Of a stretch of 48,910 bases of DNA, positions 8,601-18,193 are shown piece after piece. The stretch spans positions 1 to 48,910 of IMG/VR virus record IMGVR_UViG_3300022221_000012; one strand, 5' to 3'. A program made the position numbers and the translations under genes. The notes beneath the pieces are model-generated. The model ran no database searches and was not told the origin of the DNA. It saw only the letters and a list, made by a program, of their open reading frames with translations. Within the stretch, counting starts at the first letter, position 1. Each line of letters opens with the position of its first letter. Source of the stretch: a virus. Taxonomy: Duplodnaviria; Caudoviricetes.

Positions 8601-11600
8601 AGGATCGAAGGCTATAAAACTATTCCCGACACCTTCTTGTTTGTTTTTATACACCACTCCATCGTAGCCGCGATCTGCGAGTATGGATTTTATTTCATTG
8701 TTCGCCGTTCTTCTTTCATTAACTGTGCCTTTATCCCCAATTGAATAAAGCCTTTTTGATTTTTCCTTGTCAATAAAACCCGCTTTTAGTAATTGCGGCG
8801 CAACAGAATCAGCGTGAAACGACCCACGATCTAATAATTTTATTGGCTCATTTATCCGCAAATATACAGGGATAGTTTTCACTGGCGCAGTGGAGTCCAT
8901 GAGCGTATCTTTTTCATGAACGCCACCACGCAAATTCCTAGCCTGCTCTGCCGTACCAAAGTGGGATCCTAAGTCGCCTCTCTCAGTATTAAAAGCGTCA
9001 AAGCTTGCCGAGGTTCTATGATAAACAACCAGCGGCCTGCCTTTGCTGTCCACAACTTTAGAGTCCCCGAACCAGCGCCAGAAGTTTTTTATCCCTTCCT
9101 CGGTATTGTGAATAGGCTTGCCGTCGCTGTTTAGTGTGCTGCGCTGTACGCCATCGACTTCAATTAAGTCCTTCTCTGTCTGGCTGTAAAGAAGCTCGCC
9201 AAGGCCATCAGGCGCTAAACGCTTATTGGCCCCGCTGATCCGGCCAGCATTGCCCACCACTTCGGATTGTTCTTGGCCTTGTGTGCGTATAGCGGTAGCT
9301 GCGAGTATTGCTCGCGCAATCGTAGTGCGGCCAAAAGCTGCTTCTCTGCGCTCATTCGCGTAATTAGACCTTGGCGGTCTGCCAGCAAACGCTTTTCGAG
9401 CGCCGCTTGCAATTCTTGCCAGTTCGTCTTTGGTGATAACTTGTCCATCAGCTCCCAAAAAGCGTCCGGTCTTGAAATCGTAGGTAGCATTGCGCACCGA
9501 TGGGGCGAAGGTAAGGACGTTATTGTACGCCGATAACAGTAAAGATTCCAGATTATCGGCATGCTCTCCTTCTGCCCATGCCACAGGACTAAACCACGGC
9601 CTGTCCTTAACCGTCTGGCGCGGATGTGGCCGCATAAATGACGTGTCGCCATCGAATTTCAGTGCCGCCGCTGCCATTAGCTCAGTACGTCGTAGCAAGG
9701 CTTCATCGCTCAATCCATTGGGATCACCTACGAATACCTTGCCTGCATTGCGCGCATAGTTAAAGATAGCCATATACATAGCTGTGCCGCCGGAATGTCC
9801 AGGCGTGAGGCTTGAGGCATCCAAATACATGCGATTGCCTTTGTCCTCAATGTACAAATAAGCGTTTTCGCCATCCGCTGTTTTAATCTTGTGCTTGTGC
9901 GCCGTGCTTTCGCGCCCATCTTCGCGTACAAAACTGGTGCTTGCTGTTCCTGAATAACTAACAGTCATTGATCCGATCACGTCTTTGAAAACACCTTCTA
10001 ATGTCTCTTTGTCGCTTATCGGGTATCTGAATGCATCATCATATTTGGCAATCTCTCGGAATAATTCACTGATCGGCCTTCCTGCTTCTTCGGCAAAATC
10101 ATCGAATATAGAGTCAATAGGTACTGATCTTGCGCCCTCGGTAGCAAATGGCGCTTGGATGATCGGTGCTGCACCAATGCCAGAACCTTCTTTCACGTTT
10201 TTCATGCCACGCGATACCAAGTCGCGCATTTCTGAATCGCTCCATTTAACATCGAAGCCAAGAGCGCGTAGCCAGCGCTTAGCTGCTGATATTACACGAT
10301 CAAGTATGCTGCCTTTAACACCTCGCTCCGCCATTACAGCGATCAATTCCTTCGCATAGGTCATGGGCGTAGCTTTGGCATATCGGCGCGATGTTGATTC
10401 AACGGCAGCACGCAATGCGGCGTTTTTAATTGACGCTGTATCAGCTCTCATCTTTACGGCTGAAAGCATTATTTGATTCCACTGCTCTTTACCGACAATT
10501 GATTCAACGCCGTAATGGCCGAATACTTCATGCGCCAATACCTGCTCTGCGCGTGATGCGTTTTTAAGATTGCCTGCAATCATCCAGACCGTATTGCTGC
10601 CGTCATAATATGCTTCGGCTGTTTCCCATCCTCTACCGCTTTTGCCTCTAGCTGGCAATTCATTAGCTGTCTCAATAATACGCACAGTAGGCGCATCACC
10701 TTTCCATGTGCGCGTGATTTTGTTCAGCCTTTCAGTGACACCAAGCCAGTCACGCTCTGCTTGCTTAATTTCGCCGCGTCGCTGCGCACCGTCTAGCCAT
10801 TGCTTCCAGTTATCAGCGCTCGCCTTGGCTGGAGCGCCTTTCGCTTCTTCAAGAGATTTTAATAGCGCCGAATTAAAAGGCTTGTCTGCTGGTTCTGGCT
10901 TGCTGTAAAGAGGCTGATTTTCATTTGAGCTAGGCTCGCTTTGCTTGTCGATTACAACAAGTCTGGCGTTCACACTGGTGCTTACCGGAAGGCTTGGATC
11001 GTTGAAAGTGCCTGATTCAAGTTTTTCAGATGTCCCTCCTACCGATTCCAGCCATTCTCGAAACGCTTGCGCTTTCTTATCCTGCCCAAAGAACACGCCT
11101 TCGCCCATGATCGAAACAATGCGGCCACCATCTTTAAGCAAAGTGTATGCGTGCATGACGTGCTGCGCATCGCGTCTATCCGAAAATGGCGGGTTCATAA
11201 TAATGCGGTCGTAAATAGCCTTTTTATTTATATTTTCAATAGCAATAGTCGCAGCATTAAAAACAGGCTCAGCCCCGCGCCTAGGCTGCTTTACTTTTCC
11301 AGGCCCAGCGCCGCCTCCACCTTGGTTGCGGCCCGCCTCTTTCGCGTATTTATTTTGTATTGCTTGCAATACTTCAATATCTGCTGCACTTGCAGCATCA
11401 AGCACTTTCTGACCATCATTCTGTATGCTATTGGTAACACTCTCAATAAAAATGTCGCGGCTAACCATGTTGGTTATAAGCTGCTGCCAATCATTATTTC
11501 CTTTAAACTCAAGAAAGTCTCTGCCAACAACATTAAACCCTTTTTCTTCTAACAATTCTCTGCGGCTAGGACTATATTCAATTACGTCTGGATCAAAGCC

Positions 11601-14600
11601 TGCATCACGCAATTTTTCTGCAATATGCCCCATACCGGCACTTGGCTCTAATACTTTCATGCCTTCTGTTATTTCAGCGGCATCAATCATATCTTGCGCT
11701 GTATCTTCTGGTGTTGGGAAGAAGTCTAGCCCATCTTTGGCACGGCCAATCATAGCGCGCTCAAGCTCTTTAATTTTGCTTGGCTTTGCTGCGCCTTCTA
11801 AATGATCCACGTACTCGTACAGCGCTGATCTAAACTCGAACGGGCTTTGTATCCCCATTGCTTTTAATCTGCCAAGATTTTCATATGTGCTGCTAATTAA
11901 ATATGGAAGCTCCAGCTTTTTGTCTGCCTTTGCTTTCTCCACGATTTTTTCACCCAGTTCATAATCAAGAACTATCTTTTTATCGTGGTCGTTTTTCCAT
12001 AACCCTTCTTCTAGTGCTACCTTCGGGCTGGCAACAATGGCAAACTGACCGCGCTTTACCTGCACTACAATTGCCTTGCCTTTAAGATTCGACTTAAACA
12101 AAGACCTCTCAGCCATGGGCCTAGAGCTAAAATGAGCAGCGCCTCCGTTGGCTTTAGAAAATAGGTATAGCAGTCTTGCGTTTTCCGGTTTTTTGACGAA
12201 TGCGATGTAATCTGCTGTGACATCATCGGCTATTTTCATCAGCTTGCGGCTTAGCATTTTAGTACCTTCCAGTTCGGACAGCCTGCGCGCAAGGCTCGCT
12301 AGATCGCTTTGATATGCTTGGTAAACTGGAAATTGCGCGTACTCAACAAGGTCTTTATCTGGGCGTGCTTCCATTGCAGTATCGCGGTCTTTATAGTCCA
12401 ATTTTAATTCTTGAACCTTCGCCTGTTTAGCGCTGCTAAGCACGCTATTCAAGTAACCAAATTGCACTTTCTGCCTGAGCCTTTTAAGGTACTTTACTGA
12501 GCCGCTATCTATGCCGTCTGCAACATTTCTCATGGTCTTGGCAAGTGCTTTATCTCTGCTGGCCGAGGCTTCCGCACTGGCAGCAAAACGCGCCCTGCGT
12601 GCCGTGTTGACCTTTCTATCTGCGGTTAATACATCGTCGGCGTTGCTATCTAACCTGTCGGCCATTTCGCGCAAGCGCTCAGTAGCAGACTGTGATTTAT
12701 CGTCAGCAAACGCATCCCGCCTTGCCTTTACCTGCTCTTGCGCTGCGTCTGCTTTACCGCCGATAAATTCTAAGAATGCATTTGCCGATTCTTCATTCTT
12801 GAATTGAAAGCCTGGTACAGCGCCGCCATGACGGTATTTTGAATACCACCCGCCCATACTTTTTGCCGTTCTATTCCAAAGCGTGTAAATATCACGCTCG
12901 ACGCGCTCATCAGCCTGCACTACAAAAAGATCAATACCGGACTTAGTGTGTTTCGTCTTGATAACTTTGCCGTCAACTGTTTGGCTCGCTACATTTACCT
13001 CTCTTTGCTCGTCTTTTCGTTCGGCTCGCTCTGCCATTCGCTTATCCGCTACTAGGTTATCTAGCCTAATGCGTTGCTCAAGCGTAAGATCACGGCGCGC
13101 TTCTTTTTGTGTTTTCTTTTCTTGCTCTTTTTTATACCCAAAATAGTTTAAGTATTCTTGATATGTTTCTGGATTCTCCAGTGACTTTTCTACAAGTTCC
13201 TTGCGTTCTTTTTTAGCTTCGTTTAGCTCAGCCAGTTCCGTTTTGTATTGCTCTTGTATTTCACTGAGTTCTTTTTCTGTAGTGTTTTCAACAAGCGCAT
13301 CTAATGCCTTTTGCTTTGCTATTTTGTGGGCTTCAATTCCTTCCCTTGTACCAAGATATGAGTTAGGGCCATAGTTTCTATGCAGCGAAAAGCTTTCTAG
13401 CGTTTCTCGATAAACAGTATCAACAATATCGCTTTTCTTTTCGTTTTTGTACCTGTGTTGCATCATAGGACTGAGCATCAGCAACAGGTTTTTAATTGTT
13501 GCTTTGTTCAAACTGTCTATGAAAGCGTCTTTGCTATTCATAAACGAAGAATACATTTGCTTATAATCGCTAAGCGTTGCCACCCCACTATACAAAGACT
13601 TGAAAAACTCTTTAATGCCTGTTGCTGTCGGCTCATAGATTGTTTTTTCTGTGCCCTCTACTGGTACGTTTTCTGCATCTTCGCTTGTGCTTTCAGGTGC
13701 TTTTTCTTCTGACTGTCGCGGCAAGGATGGCTTATCTGCTAATTCATCAGGCTTGCCTTCTTCTGATTTATCGGACTTTGCATCGGTATCAGATTCTTTG
13801 ACTACATCAAGAGCTGGGAATGCTATTTCACCTTTCGCGGCTGACACTTTTTTAGCTTCTTCTATTGCGGCTTTGGCATACCGGCGCAATGAATCGCTAA
13901 CAATCTTAATTGCATCGCCTTCGCTATTAGCCAAGTAGGTGCGTGTGATAGCGCCTTCTTTTCTTTTGTGTATTCTATAGAAGCCCTTAGCAATTAGGCT
14001 ATCAATATATTCTTGGCCGTTTGTAACGGCTCCAGTATCTTCGTCTTTGACCGATACTTTACTTGCTGCGTGTTTGCTTCTTTCAAGCTCCTTAGCGACT
14101 TTAGTTTTTTCTTTAGTGGCTTTGCGTTCTGCGTCAATCTTTGCGCGCTGTTCTGGTGAAACTCCGGTGAAGGCATCTACAGCATCCATTGTGCCTTTCA
14201 CGGTGCGCGGTAGTTTTATCCCAGTAAAACGCTCAAATGTTTTGCGCCAAGCATTGTTGCTCAACGATTTTAAATGCTGGCGTATTTGATTATTGTCTTT
14301 TGACAGTAGCGCTTTGACGATAGAGCTATCATTAGCTGGCTTGTCATGATCAGGGTGAGCCTTGGCGTATTCTTCTTGAAATATGGCGTTAGCTTTAGCT
14401 GCATCATCATTTTCAGCACTCTCTACTGCGGGTGCTTTAGTGTCGCCATCTTTAAGCCATGCCTTAAACTCATCTTGGCTCATTTGTTTGACAGCACCTA
14501 GCCCAGTCCAGCCTTTTTCGTAATTAGATAAATACGCTTTGCGTGCTTGCTTCTCATCAGCAAAACCGATCATTACCTTGTGTTCATCAAATGAGCCGTC

Positions 14601-16910
14601 TTTATTATTTTGATCGACGATGAAAACAGGGTGATCTTCGTTGTGTGCATCATCAGATAGAAATACATCTACTTGATCTTTGTCTGCGCCTGTTGTGCGT
14701 TTGATATACCCGTAATGATTCTTTAAGGCAGGCCATTTTGGATCGCGCTTTGAACCGGCTGGGTTTTCAATAGACACATTAAGGCCGTTTATGTTGGTAT
14801 GGCCTTTTTTGTAATTTCCTGCCTCTTTCTGTGCCTTGGTTGGTACTGGCAAGTCGTTATTTGGGCTTGTGGCGGCCTGCTCTGCTACAGACTTAACAGG
14901 GTTAGCGGAATCATATTGCGCAATCTCAGCATCAAACGGCGCACGCTCATCTTCGGATGCAAACTCTTGGCCAGTAATTGGATTGATATTCGCGGCTAAT
15001 GCCGATCTTAATTCATTGGCTTCTGCGCTGTTTAATTCTTGCGCCGTATCATCGTGCGCTGGCGCATCTTCTATGCGCTGCCCTTGAATATCGTCTTTTG
15101 CATTAGCTGGTTTTGGCGCTTTTCGTTCCATTTGAACTTCTCTGCGAAGTTCAGAAGCACGCCTCGGCGTTAAGCCGAACGCGCTTGCTACCTTCTTATT
15201 GTCTGGCGCTATGCCACGATCTAGCATTTTGCTAATTTCTGAACGAACCAAGGCCTCTTTAGCTAATGTTTGATCCTGCGATTCTGGCTCGGCTTGTAAA
15301 GACAATGGCTTTTGTTCAATAGGCTCAGCTACATTGATCTCAGGTAATTTTTGTGTCTCGATCTTGGGCGCTTCTTGCGCATAATCAGGATTGCGCGCTG
15401 CAATTGTTTTTTGCGTGCTAGGCGTAATACCTAGCTCTTGGTTACGCTGTAATTGTGCTTGCTTGGCTTGCTGCTCTAGCTGTGCGCTTTGTAGCAATTG
15501 GCTCTGTGTGGCTGCATTGCCAGCCGTATTGACTGTAATGGTGCTTTGCGGCAGCATTCTGCCGCCTTGTTCCATGTGTTCTTGCAGTTTTGCAATAGCG
15601 TCTTGCTGTTCTTTTGGATTACGTGCATTCGCTATGTTCTGGCGCAAGATGTTTGCTTGTTCGTCAATCGCGTTTGCCGCAATGTTCAAAGCTCTTGTAA
15701 ATGTTCCTTTTGGTTCTGGTGCTTGTGCCTGTTGTTGGTCAGGATCGCTAGACAGAACTTCTTGAGGCTTTGATAATGCTACGCCGCCTGCACCCATGCC
15801 GCCACCCATTGCGCCGCCAAGCACTGCGCCGGTGGCTGCGGCCTCTGGCACGCCTTCCATTAGTCCTCTGTTTGGGTCTATGCCTTGGACACCAACATTC
15901 ACGCCGAACTGATTGCCGCCTTCTTGCACGGTTTCCTCAGCGGCTTCTGCCAAGATGCCCTGCCCTACCTTGCGCGCACCTTGCAGCGACACTAGGCCAC
16001 GAAGTCCGGCAACATTAGATAGCCCACGGGTAAACACTTCTGCCTCAAAAGGCGCTGAAATTTTACCACCGACATAGGCCAACGGCGCTGCTACCAGTGC
16101 GGCCATCATGCCTGCATCTGTAGCCATAAGGCGCTTAGCTGCGCCTGGTTCTAACCCTCTAGCTAGCAATGACTGGTAATCTTCGTTTGCCTGCCATACT
16201 TCTTCCGGCAAGGATAATGCGTCATTTATCGCGCTTTTTTGCGCGTCTGTTGTTTCAAGAACAGTGCCGGACTTTGCTGCAAAGTCTGCGCCTGCTTTTA
16301 ATGCTTCCGGCCTTGCTGCTAAAGCTGCTTTTTTGCCTATTTCTTCTGCCGCCTCTTTAGTGGCTCCTTGCGCCAATGCTTTCTGTGTGGCCTTGGCTCC
16401 GATTCTGCCAGCAACACTACCTGCTCTTACTGCCGTGCCATAGCCTAGCGTTGCTAATGTAGGTATTTGCTCTGCTGCATACCCTCCCAATAAAACAGGA
16501 TCAGAAATCAAGTGCTTGGCACTAGCGCCAAATCCTTTGACATCTCTAAATTCTTTTCTTTTTGCTTTGGTTGTGTCAGATTGTTTTTCTTCTATTGCGC
16601 CAGTCACAGCATCCGTGCCTTCTGCTAGCATGGTTGTTGGGCCTGGCCCTACTCCCAGCCTAGCCAATCCGCTTAACACTCTATTATGCGGCGACATTTG
16701 TTCATGACCACTGGCAAGACCGCCAATAAGTTGTGCAGTGCCAGACGCTATTTGCAATCCGGTGTCTTTTGCAGCCTCGCCCCATGTGCGCGTCAACTCA
16801 GACTTTTTCTTTTCAGGAAACTTAGGCAAGCCACCATCATCGGCTTCAAATGGATTTACAAATTCGTCATTTGCATTAGGCTCGTCGAATGGATTAACAA
16901 ACTTAGTCAT
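5670..16910 (-). CDS. Giant polyvalent internal virion/ejection protein (3746 aa; PPase-like, N6-adenine MTase, zincin peptidase, GNAT-like, ADP-ribosyltransferase, PLxRFG/LPD39-like)
   Basis: GNYKKGH..HYGYI..DQVDVF..DEHKV; FFPTP..LEPSAGMG..IIMNPPF; LAHEVFGHYG; NFWRWFGDSKVVD..VVYH..GYDGVVY..QIKSAIGN; YFPLARFG; last gene of the late operon. Confidence 0.9.
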   Translation of the reverse strand: MTKFVNPFDEPNANDEFVNPFEADDGGLPKFPEKKKSELTRTWGEAAKDTGLQIASGTAQLIGGLASGHEQMSPHNRVLSGLARLGVGPGPTTMLAEGTDAVTGAIEEKQSDTTKAKRKEFRDVKGFGASAKHLISDPVLLGGYAAEQIPTLATLGYGTAVRAGSVAGRIGAKATQKALAQGATKEAAEEIGKKAALAARPEALKAGADFAAKSGTVLETTDAQKSAINDALSLPEEVWQANEDYQSLLARGLEPGAAKRLMATDAGMMAALVAAPLAYVGGKISAPFEAEVFTRGLSNVAGLRGLVSLQGARKVGQGILAEAAEETVQEGGNQFGVNVGVQGIDPNRGLMEGVPEAAATGAVLGGAMGGGMGAGGVALSKPQEVLSSDPDQQQAQAPEPKGTFTRALNIAANAIDEQANILRQNIANARNPKEQQDAIAKLQEHMEQGGRMLPQSTITVNTAGNAATQSQLLQSAQLEQQAKQAQLQRNQELGITPSTQKTIAARNPDYAQEAPKIETQKLPEINVAEPIEQKPLSLQAEPESQDQTLAKEALVRSEISKMLDRGIAPDNKKVASAFGLTPRRASELRREVQMERKAPKPANAKDDIQGQRIEDAPAHDDTAQELNSAEANELRSALAANINPITGQEFASEDERAPFDAEIAQYDSANPVKSVAEQAATSPNNDLPVPTKAQKEAGNYKKGHTNINGLNVSIENPAGSKRDPKWPALKNHYGYIKRTTGADKDQVDVFLSDDAHNEDHPVFIVDQNNKDGSFDEHKVMIGFADEKQARKAYLSNYEKGWTGLGAVKQMSQDEFKAWLKDGDTKAPAVESAENDDAAKANAIFQEEYAKAHPDHDKPANDSSIVKALLSKDNNQIRQHLKSLSNNAWRKTFERFTGIKLPRTVKGTMDAVDAFTGVSPEQRAKIDAERKATKEKTKVAKELERSKHAASKVSVKDEDTGAVTNGQEYIDSLIAKGFYRIHKRKEGAITRTYLANSEGDAIKIVSDSLRRYAKAAIEEAKKVSAAKGEIAFPALDVVKESDTDAKSDKSEEGKPDELADKPSLPRQSEEKAPESTSEDAENVPVEGTEKTIYEPTATGIKEFFKSLYSGVATLSDYKQMYSSFMNSKDAFIDSLNKATIKNLLLMLSPMMQHRYKNEKKSDIVDTVYRETLESFSLHRNYGPNSYLGTREGIEAHKIAKQKALDALVENTTEKELSEIQEQYKTELAELNEAKKERKELVEKSLENPETYQEYLNYFGYKKEQEKKTQKEARRDLTLEQRIRLDNLVADKRMAERAERKDEQREVNVASQTVDGKVIKTKHTKSGIDLFVVQADERVERDIYTLWNRTAKSMGGWYSKYRHGGAVPGFQFKNEESANAFLEFIGGKADAAQEQVKARRDAFADDKSQSATERLREMADRLDSNADDVLTADRKVNTARRARFAASAEASASRDKALAKTMRNVADGIDSGSVKYLKRLRQKVQFGYLNSVLSSAKQAKVQELKLDYKDRDTAMEARPDKDLVEYAQFPVYQAYQSDLASLARRLSELEGTKMLSRKLMKIADDVTADYIAFVKKPENARLLYLFSKANGGAAHFSSRPMAERSLFKSNLKGKAIVVQVKRGQFAIVASPKVALEEGLWKNDHDKKIVLDYELGEKIVEKAKADKKLELPYLISSTYENLGRLKAMGIQSPFEFRSALYEYVDHLEGAAKPSKIKELERAMIGRAKDGLDFFPTPEDTAQDMIDAAEITEGMKVLEPSAGMGHIAEKLRDAGFDPDVIEYSPSRRELLEEKGFNVVGRDFLEFKGNNDWQQLITNMVSRDIFIESVTNSIQNDGQKVLDAASAADIEVLQAIQNKYAKEAGRNQGGGGAGPGKVKQPRRGAEPVFNAATIAIENINKKAIYDRIIMNPPFSDRRDAQHVMHAYTLLKDGGRIVSIMGEGVFFGQDKKAQAFREWLESVGGTSEKLESGTFNDPSLPVSTSVNARLVVIDKQSEPSSNENQPLYSKPEPADKPFNSALLKSLEEAKGAPAKASADNWKQWLDGAQRRGEIKQAERDWLGVTERLNKITRTWKGDAPTVRIIETANELPARGKSGRGWETAEAYYDGSNTVWMIAGNLKNASRAEQVLAHEVFGHYGVESIVGKEQWNQIMLSAVKMRADTASIKNAALRAAVESTSRRYAKATPMTYAKELIAVMAERGVKGSILDRVISAAKRWLRALGFDVKWSDSEMRDLVSRGMKNVKEGSGIGAAPIIQAPFATEGARSVPIDSIFDDFAEEAGRPISELFREIAKYDDAFRYPISDKETLEGVFKDVIGSMTVSYSGTASTSFVREDGRESTAHKHKIKTADGENAYLYIEDKGNRMYLDASSLTPGHSGGTAMYMAIFNYARNAGKVFVGDPNGLSDEALLRRTELMAAAALKFDGDTSFMRPHPRQTVKDRPWFSPVAWAEGEHADNLESLLLSAYNNVLTFAPSVRNATYDFKTGRFLGADGQVITKDELARIASGARKAFAGRPPRSNYANERREAAFGRTTIARAILAATAIRTQGQEQSEVVGNAGRISGANKRLAPDGLGELLYSQTEKDLIEVDGVQRSTLNSDGKPIHNTEEGIKNFWRWFGDSKVVDSKGRPLVVYHRTSASFDAFNTERGDLGSHFGTAEQARNLRGGVHEKDTLMDSTAPVKTIPVYLRINEPIKLLDRGSFHADSVAPQLLKAGFIDKEKSKRLYSIGDKGTVNERRTANNEIKSILADRGYDGVVYKNKQEGVGNSFIAFDPGQIKSAIGNAGEYSADNDSILYSQPETVFDEIDKTTKSRFVEEARKRLDQINPKNLKENTRPAWLGALTLRHLAELAGDTLPQVGRYASIVQKMGTDRNKLQEAVGKQSEHWEKLQRKDRKGAAKAVEVMHESTLEGVDPDSEYRPLTFKRERLETNAKGTESIRWVDMAVTPKEINAQIAEIAEGMKGKDKATQSKMQARIDNLAELLTQERRRREAYPRLVNKFNALSEDWKQLYRDVKQSYLDQSKAYEDALVEKVEALIADGAVAKAETAKIRQHFESARLTGPYFPLARFGEFWISATDTNGEKAFFMYENIQDWRKGNAELKKNGYKVNKAGRKLDSSRQADGVSTGFLSDLMEVLDTANAGEAVKDDVYQLYLRMLPDLSIRKHNIHRKGTPGYSSDALRAYAGNMFHGSFQIARLRHSHKLDDALNNMRQSIKDMNDTDPEEAVKATVMHNEMRKRHDWVMSPKDSAISNKISSLGFAWYLGLTPAAAFVNFTQVPIVSFPVLASKFGVKKAFNALMSGTLRATRNVDGNLTRGLSDEEQAAFKVWYESGAIDRSLAHNLAGLSETDTQAYSPAYRRVMNGISFLFHKTEVINRESTALAAFNLARKHGMSFNEATAYAENIVWETQFDYSNANRARFMQSDVAKVLLMFRQYSLNISWLLWRNFYQSFKGETPEVKSLARKKLAGVLGMTAAFSGTLGLPLMSVMFGVANAAADAFGDDDEPWDAETAYRNFLADHLGQDAARIITSGIVEPLTGAEVSSRTSLDNLWLREPDRELEGAALAHYWMEQVAGPIGGIFTNALKGKQLIHEGQTMRGIEAMVPKAIKDSMRAVRYATEGAKTLRGDPLMESLSMPESLLQAAGFSPARLNDRYDANRAIKNYESTLLTKRQRIMDAYAMAVRNGDNELKREMRQKINDWNRKNRDLRIDHDTLRRSLAQRARYSDRATAGIVVDKRVEKKAREQGRFAE

Positions 16911-16918
16911 GTTCCGCC

Positions 16919-18160
16919 TTAGTTTCCGTATAGCTCATTGTATTTCATCTTTAACTGATCATCCATCATATTCGGATTTTTTTCTTTCGCTTTTGACATA
17001 AAAAGCTCTAGGCTTGGCGTTTGCCGCTGCGATTGTTGGCCGTACAAAGATGCAAATGTAGGGTTTTGCGCCAATGATGCGTTTATGTTCTGCATTAGTG
17101 CTTGCGCCTGCTCTGGATCGTCCGGAACTCCACCGGCTTGCTCTAATAGCGTATTGAATGATTCATTATAGGCTTTGACTATCTCTGGGTTTACACCGGC
17201 TGGTTGGCCTCTAAATGGCTTGCCGTCTGGGCCTGTAATCTGCGTGGCCTTCGCGCCTTGCAATAATGACATATTGCCGTCTTGACCTACTATCGGCGTA
17301 CCCGCACGCTCAAGTTGTGCGTTTTGGAATGCGGCATTAGCGTTTTGCGCATCCCTGCCTAAAATAGCCGCGTTTTCATTTTGTGCGTTTGCTACTTCGT
17401 TACCTGCAACGCCTGACAACGTGGCATTAGAGGCCGTTTGCAATTGTTGTTCAGCATTTTGAATGCCGCCCATCTGCATTAACAATGCATTGGTAAGCGC
17501 TTGTCTTGCCTGTGGGCTGCCACGATGGGACAGAGCGCTTTGAGCCATTTCAATACGGCGCATTAGCTCTGCTTTTCTTGAGCCACCACGCAAGCCGCTA
17601 GATGCTTGTGCTATCGCCCTGCGTGCAACACCGCCTTGCTTGGCTACCGTTGCGTCTGCAATCTGTGTCGGATTTACTCGGGATAGCTGAGTGGTAGCCT
17701 GTGGAATAGCTGGCTGCGCTGGGTCTTTCATGCTCGCCAGGTCTGGCCTATTGGCAATATATGCATTGTCATAAACTGGCGTTCTGCGAATAGACGGCTG
17801 CGCGATAACATTATTAGGCGGCGCACCTTCATTACCAGTCTGGTTATTTGCGGGTTCTATATTGGTTTGCGCTTGGGTTGCATTTGCCTGCGGCTGTGCG
17901 CCAGTTAACCCTCGCTTAAAGTCAGAGAATGGTTTTACCGCTGCCGCTACCCCAGAAATTATGCCAGCGCCGGTACTCAGTGCTTTTCGCTCTAGTGCGC
18001 CTTGCGTGTTTCTAATGAATGATGATGCCCTGCGACCTGCTAATTCTGCTTGGCTTGGGCGCTCTGTTGATTCAGGACGAACCACCATGGCATCTGTTTC
18101 TGTAATGGCTCCTGCTGTTGGTTTGCCATATTTTAATTCGTCTTTTTCTTTCTTTGCCAT
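16919..18160 (-). CDS. Putative internal virion/ejection protein
   Basis: Ala/Gln-rich, low in aromatic residues, directly upstream of the giant protein; start set at MAKKEK after AAGGA. Confidence 0.6.
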   Translation of the reverse strand: MAKKEKDELKYGKPTAGAITETDAMVVRPESTERPSQAELAGRRASSFIRNTQGALERKALSTGAGIISGVAAAVKPFSDFKRGLTGAQPQANATQAQTNIEPANNQTGNEGAPPNNVIAQPSIRRTPVYDNAYIANRPDLASMKDPAQPAIPQATTQLSRVNPTQIADATVAKQGGVARRAIAQASSGLRGGSRKAELMRRIEMAQSALSHRGSPQARQALTNALLMQMGGIQNAEQQLQTASNATLSGVAGNEVANAQNENAAILGRDAQNANAAFQNAQLERAGTPIVGQDGNMSLLQGAKATQITGPDGKPFRGQPAGVNPEIVKAYNESFNTLLEQAGGVPDDPEQAQALMQNINASLAQNPTFASLYGQQSQRQTPSLELFMSKAKEKNPNMMDDQLKMKYNELYGN

Positions 18161-18193
18161 GCTAGTTCCTTGAATTTGATAAATGCTTTGCAA

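Noticed and set aside
11214-11500. MTase insertion as an intein or intron
   Set aside because: No intein terminal residues, no homing endonuclease motif, and the frame is uninterrupted
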